Part shown: positions 6,932 to 10,521 of the stretch, piece after piece
Position numbering within the stretch: position 1 is the stretch's first letter
How the letters are laid out: each line of letters starts with the position of its first letter
The notes under the pieces: generated by a model
Seen by the model: only the letters and a program-made list of their open reading frames with translations
Told to the model about the DNA's origin: nothing
Database searches by the model: none
Translations under genes and position numbers: made by a program
DNA from: Silvanigrellaceae bacterium
Lineage (GTDB): Bacteria; Bdellovibrionota_B; Oligoflexia; Silvanigrellales; Silvanigrellaceae
NCBI GenBank assembly: GCA_049423385.1
Contig: JBMSQQ010000108.1
Span: 1-10,521, forward strand
Length of the DNA: 10,521 nucleotides
Direction: 5' to 3'

Positions 6932-7228
6932 TCAAGCCGTTAGATCGCGCCTTTGGATCATGTTTTTTGAACTTACCCGCACAGGAACAGTGCCTGTCAA
7001 CTCGGGCATGGAGCAATACTCCTCCGCGAAGTCTTCGTCGGTCATTTTGGCTAAAAAGGCAGCATCAATGAGACTGAGAAGTCCAGGAATGAGTGTCCAG
7101 CAGAAGGCAAGGTAAGCCAAACCCGAAAGAGTTTGCCTTGTATAAAAGCGGTGCCCTCCGGCCCAACCCAACATCAATGCAAGCTTCAGAGCAATTTCAC
7201 GCCGTGGCTCGTGCTGATGGTTTGTCAT
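6932..7228 (-). CDS. TM2 domain (NINE) membrane protein
   Basis: IALKLALMLGWAGGHRFY...GLAYLAFCWTLIPGLLSLIDA...MTDEDFAEEY is the typical bacterial TM2 pattern. ATG 7228 is preceded by AGGGGG; alternative start at 7270. Confidence 0.88.
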   Translation of the reverse strand: MTNHQHEPRREIALKLALMLGWAGGHRFYTRQTLSGLAYLAFCWTLIPGLLSLIDAAFLAKMTDEDFAEEYCSMPELTGTVPVRVSSKNMIQRRDLTA

Positions 7229-7251
7229 TGGATGCCCCCTGAGGATACGTC

Positions 7252-7321
7252 TGTGACGTTTATCGGGCATCTTTGTGACAAATGCAACACCCGGAGGGTG
7301 TTTTGTGACAGGTTTGTGACA
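7252..7321 (-). promoter_or_regulatory. Pho-box-like direct repeats (OmpR/PhoB-family site) overlapping a sigma28-like -10 element upstream of the TM2 gene
   Basis: Plus-strand TTTGTGACA occurs three times (7272-7280, 7302-7310, 7313-7321), plus TGTGAC at 7252-7257. Spacings are 11, 30 and 22 nt. The minus strand reads ATGTCAC-AAAC-CTGTCAC, and CCCGATAA at 7267-7260. Confidence 0.55.
7286..7302. repeat. Perfect 7-bp inverted repeat (hairpin or operator)
   Basis: AACACCC-GGA-GGGTGTT; only a weak U-tract on the minus strand, so terminator function is uncertain. Confidence 0.4.
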
Positions 7322-7391
7322 TTTTAAGGTTTGCTAATTTATTCAAAAAACGTCTGTCATTACAGCTTCAGATGCTCGCGGCCAGGTTGTC

Positions 7392-8159
7392 TTAGCGACG
7401 AAGGATTTTTTCCCTCGCAATCTTGATTGCTTTGGCTACCCCCGATGCCGGTGTCCAAGTCGCTGTGTTCCAAGGTTCAATGCCACCGTGATGTACGCCA
7501 ATGATTTCGAGAGTCTTCGCATCCAGAATGGCAGCCCCGCTCTGCCCCTGCTCGGTATCGCACTGATGAGCAAAGATGTGTTTGCGGTCTTCTTCCGAAA
7601 CGTCCACGAACGACTCCGTTGGAAGCACGGCGACAATACAAAAGCCCGACCATTCCAAGGGGCGTTTTCTTGGGTAACCAAATGTCGTGATTTGGCTCCC
7701 GGGGCCAGGGCGTTGGTTGAGTTCCACGTCCAATTTGACTCGCGGTGGATTGTCGACCTCGAGGATTGCGTAATCCAAGGACTGACTCAATTCTGAACTC
7801 ACAAGCTTGACGCATTGAGAGGTCTGAAAATTTGATTCTCCCTCGAGGTAATTCCAGCGCACCGTCATTTTGGGATAGGTTGTCGCAAGGCAAGCATCCG
7901 ATGGAGCCTTGTCTTGAGGGACACAATGACCTGCGGTCAGAATCAGGCCGTCTCCAATGTGTGTCACAGTGCAACCGACTTCAAGCATGCCAAAGGCGCC
8001 AATCAGTCCGCGCAAATTTTCCGGAAGGTTTGTTCCGTCTCTGACAACCGGTTTGAGGTCATTCTCACCAATGATTTTCATGGGCGCACTGAGGGTTTGT
8101 TCCATGCCGCAAGAGATCATCACCCACGGAAACACAAGAAGGCTGATGATTTTCCTCAT
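7392..8159 (-). CDS. Trypsin-like / V8 (glutamyl endopeptidase-like, clan PA S1) serine protease lipoprotein
   Basis: Triad motifs LTAGHC, LDYAIL and CDTEQGQSGAAI, plus IIGVHHGG. ATG 8159 with GGAG upstream gives MRKIISLLVFPWVMIS-C17. Probable mature start IIGEND. Confidence 0.92.
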   Translation of the reverse strand: MRKIISLLVFPWVMISCGMEQTLSAPMKIIGENDLKPVVRDGTNLPENLRGLIGAFGMLEVGCTVTHIGDGLILTAGHCVPQDKAPSDACLATTYPKMTVRWNYLEGESNFQTSQCVKLVSSELSQSLDYAILEVDNPPRVKLDVELNQRPGPGSQITTFGYPRKRPLEWSGFCIVAVLPTESFVDVSEEDRKHIFAHQCDTEQGQSGAAILDAKTLEIIGVHHGGIEPWNTATWTPASGVAKAIKIAREKILRR

Positions 8160-8403
8160 TGAAATTCTCCAAGACGGCGAAGATGTTTTGCCCGCGGAAG
8201 TGCAAACCAAGGGCCTCGGCGTCGTCCTGAGCAAATATTGTGCCGATGGGTTTTTTGTTCAACAATCAGTAAATATTGATTATTTTTCTACTGGTTTTAA
8301 TTTCTCGCTGTTCAAGATTTGAACGAGTGTATTCGAGCTGATGCGGACGAAAGAGGCGAGGTTGATCCGGTTTCTTTGGGCCAACCTCAATTTGAGGCGG
8401 CGC

Positions 8404-9168
8404 TCACTGCTGACCGAGGCTCTGCTCATCGAAGAGTGCATCAGGTACGTCTTTCTCCTCGAGTTTGAGAATTTTGAGCGTGGATGACTTTGATGGAACA
8501 ACAATATTCTCAAAAAAAATTTCGGTGGGTCGGCTCGCTCCAGCAATCGTCTTGTATCCACTAAACTTCGCTCTTTTGAGTATCCTGCCTGACGGACTCA
8601 AATATTCAGCCTGGACGGGCTTGAATGTGCTCTTTTCGATTTGGACCTTGATTTGCCGGTAAGGAAGCTTCTTTCGGCTTGCCTGCAACATGAGATTCCA
8701 AAAACGACCATCTTCCGAATCCAGGGTTGCAGCGTAATCTTGCCACCAGCGCATACGGCTGACATCGGCCAGCGCCGTTTCACCGGCCAATCTTTGGCTC
8801 ATGGAGACAAGCACGGGCCGTTTGAGATTGGGCACGTAGGCCCAGACGTCGTCCCCCTTCATAATCATGCTTCTCTTCCTGTCGCGCACTGGAATGAGGG
8901 TATTGATACGAGTCTTGTCTCGACCTTTTGTATAGACTTCGAGTTTGACCAGCTCATCTTTTTTAATGGTTTCGATGTCCACTTCCATGACAAATGAAGA
9001 TTCAGGACAACGTATTGCGTCTGCCCTTCGAAGGATATCGTCTGGAGTGGGAGATAAATTTTGCTGTCCAGTCGCCTGAACATTGTCCTTGGCGAAAGCA
9101 GACTTTCCGCTCAAAAGATAAGTCGCATTCAAAAGAGTTGCCGAGATGACAATCCATCGGAGCTGCAA
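8404..9168 (-). CDS. Outer-membrane lipoprotein-sorting protein (LolA-like fold)
   Basis: Signal peptide ending AFA-K; pattern DILRRADAIR.P...P.RDR...M...GDDVWAYVPNLKRPV..S..QRL.GE...ADV...PY....V.I.K..F.P..AEY.S.SG..LK...F typical of the LolA_like family. TTG start with GGAGG 6 nt upstream. Confidence 0.85.
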   Translation of the reverse strand: MQLRWIVISATLLNATYLLSGKSAFAKDNVQATGQQNLSPTPDDILRRADAIRCPESSFVMEVDIETIKKDELVKLEVYTKGRDKTRINTLIPVRDRKRSMIMKGDDVWAYVPNLKRPVLVSMSQRLAGETALADVSRMRWWQDYAATLDSEDGRFWNLMLQASRKKLPYRQIKVQIEKSTFKPVQAEYLSPSGRILKRAKFSGYKTIAGASRPTEIFFENIVVPSKSSTLKILKLEEKDVPDALFDEQSLGQQ

Positions 9169-9189
9169 GCCGAACCTCCGCTACATTCT

Positions 9190-9609
9190 TCAGCCGTTCG
9201 CTCGGTTGTCGCGAATATTTTTTTGCACTGCCACAGCAGCAAACAGAGAGAGCACAAATGCCATTCCAAAAAAACCCTTTTCGCTGAGCTCAAGCTCTGC
9301 ATTGAAGAGTCCAACGCCCAACAAAAGAATTGAGAGCAGCGTCGAGAGCCAGGAGAGCCCTGTGTAAATTCCGGTGGTTGGAATGTTCTCAAGACGGTCG
9401 CGAACGCACTTTTGTACCGAAACTGCAGCAAAGAGTCCGTACATGTAAACAGTGAAGTAATATCCCTTTTCATTCAGTTCCATTTCCGCGCGCCAAATGC
9501 CCACCATGTAGGTGACCATTCCAATGGCCAGCGCAAGCCATGACGCGCCCGCAAAAGCGGGAGAAACGGGTCGATATCTTACCTGTACCTGCGGGTTATT
9601 GGTGTTCAT
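9190..9609 (-). CDS. yiaA: Inner membrane protein YiaA (two YiaAB two-helix domains)
   Basis: AFAGASW...[34 protein letters not shown] and the repeat [37 protein letters not shown] 9609 preceded by GAGG. Confidence 0.93.
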   Translation of the reverse strand: MNTNNPQVQVRYRPVSPAFAGASWLALAIGMVTYMVGIWRAEMELNEKGYYFTVYMYGLFAAVSVQKCVRDRLENIPTTGIYTGLSWLSTLLSILLLGVGLFNAELELSEKGFFGMAFVLSLFAAVAVQKNIRDNRANG

Positions 9610-9673
9610 GGCTACTGGCCTCAAACTTTTAAGGTTTGAGGGATCATGCAAAAGCAGTTTTCGGGTGTCAATT

Positions 9674-9700
9674 CAGTCGGCTGATTTTCTGGCACTTTAA
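9674..9700 (-). promoter_or_regulatory. Possible sigma28-like promoter upstream of yiaA
   Basis: Minus strand TTAA (9700-9697)-N15-GCCGACTG (9681-9674); same spacing as the two promoters in the divergent region. Confidence 0.35.
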
Positions 9701-9702
9701 CA

Positions 9703-9727
9703 TCAAACAAGGAAGCGGATATCCCGC
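9703..9727 (-). terminator. Weak hairpin / possible terminator after smc
   Basis: Minus strand GCGG-GATAT-CCGC followed by TTCCTTGTTT, just after the smc stop; the stem is only 4 bp. Confidence 0.25.
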
Positions 9728-9733
9728 GTCATA

Positions 9734-10521
9734 TCATCCAGGCACTTCGGCCGAATCCGCAGCTGTAATTCCCGCAGGAGCTGCGGTTGCACCGGAGCGA
9801 AGAACGGGTTTCTTCTTGCGCAGATGTTCAGGAACGTCCGAAAGGTCGACGGCAACAAGGCGCGAAACACCCGGCTCAGCCATCGAGATTCCATAGATGG
9901 TGTCGAGAATTTCCATCGTACGACGGTTGTGGGTAATCACGACAAATTGGAACTCGCCCGACAATGCCTCGAGGACGGAATTGAAGCGACCAACGTTGGC
10001 CTCGTCGAGAGGAGCGTCGACTTCGTCAAGGTAACAGAACGGTGCCGGCGTGGTTTTGAGCAAAGAGAAGATGAGCGAGATGGCCGTGAGAGCTTTCTCT
10101 CCACCACTGAACAAGCTCATGTTCTGCATGCGTTTGCCCGGCAGCTGGACCATGATTTCTACACCGGTGGTGAGCATGTCCTCTGGTTTCAGCAGCTGCA
10201 GTTTGGCATTACCGCCCGGGAACAGCACAGGGAATATCTTCACGAATTCAGTGTTGACCTGTTCGTACATTGCAGCAAAGCGGGTCTTTGTTGTTTCCTC
10301 GATCTCGGCAATGGCTTTGTAGAGTTCCTGAACAGAAGACTCGATGTCGGCTTTCTGTTGAACGAGCAACTGACGACGCCCTTCGGCTTCGCGATACTCC
10401 TCGACAGCGCGTTCGTTGACCGCGCCAAGCTCGGCAAGTTCGTTGTTGATTTGCCGCATGCGCTTTTCCATTTCGGAATTTTGCTGCGGGTTGTCTTCTG
10501 CCTCTTCTGGGAAGTCGGTTG
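9734..10521 (-). CDS. smc: Chromosome segregation protein SMC, C-terminal coiled coil and ATPase head (5' part beyond the window)
   Basis: LGAVNERAVEEY, signature FSGGEKALTA, Walker B / D-loop PFCYLDEVDAPLDEAN, QFVVITH, YGISMAEPGVSRLV. The frame is open to the right edge, so Met 10471 is internal. Confidence 0.96.
   Translation of the reverse strand, partial: TDFPEEAEDNPQQNSEMEKRMRQINNELAELGAVNERAVEEYREAEGRRQLLVQQKADIESSVQELYKAIAEIEETTKTRFAAMYEQVNTEFVKIFPVLFPGGNAKLQLLKPEDMLTTGVEIMVQLPGKRMQNMSLFSGGEKALTAISLIFSLLKTTPAPFCYLDEVDAPLDEANVGRFNSVLEALSGEFQFVVITHNRRTMEILDTIYGISMAEPGVSRLVAVDLSDVPEHLRKKKPVLRSGATAAPAGITAADSAEVPG

Noticed and set aside
8160..8234. Longer starts in the track for the serine protease (8234), TM2 (7270) and yiaA (9651)
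   Set aside because: Downstream ATGs at 8159, 7228 and 9609 have RBS-like sequences and give family-typical N-termini.
8213..8239. sigma28 promoter for the serine protease (GCCGAGGC)
   Set aside because: Poor -10 and no TTAG/TAAA-like -35 at the 15-nt spacing.
8379..8402. Hairpin CCTCA-ATT-TGAGG just after the LolA-like stop as an intrinsic terminator
   Set aside because: No U-tract follows on the minus strand; at most a stabilising stem.
4263..10437. Remaining overlapping ORFs (e.g. 5218..5742, 7477..7974, 7957..8322, 8641..8997, 9129..9473, 10050..10322)
   Set aside because: They overlap well-supported genes in other frames and show no recognisable motifs.
10469..10471. Met 10471 as the start of a 245-aa protein
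   Set aside because: The frame is open to the window edge; this is the truncated C-terminus of SMC, not a short gene or pseudogene.

Overview
Bacterial chromosomal window with no RNA genes, mobile elements or CRISPR array visible. The largest feature is missing from the supplied ORF track because it runs off the left edge: a minus-strand ORF from ATG 3871 that stays open to base 1 (at least 1290 aa, translated by hand). It encodes a giant lipoprotein adhesin with a lipobox, a Pro/Thr-rich region, one Cys-paired Ig-like domain, six cadherin repeats at an exact 288-nt period, and a LamG/ConA lectin-like domain. Divergent from it is a lipoprotein thermolysin-family (M4) metalloprotease with two copies of the same Cys-paired Ig-like domain plus a PKD domain, followed 3 nt later by a small Cys-rich lipoprotein of unknown function. 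Both divergent genes have a sigma28/FliA-like promoter (TTAG-N15-[G/C]CCGAT). The right half is all minus strand: 3' end of smc, yiaA, a LolA-like sorting protein, a V8/trypsin-like serine protease lipoprotein, and a TM2-domain protein preceded by Pho-box-like repeats. The gene style suggests Bdellovibrionota/Oligoflexia, but that is an unverified impression. The best candidate for a new system is a co-regulated surface module of adhesin, M4 protease, small partner lipoprotein and possibly the serine protease.
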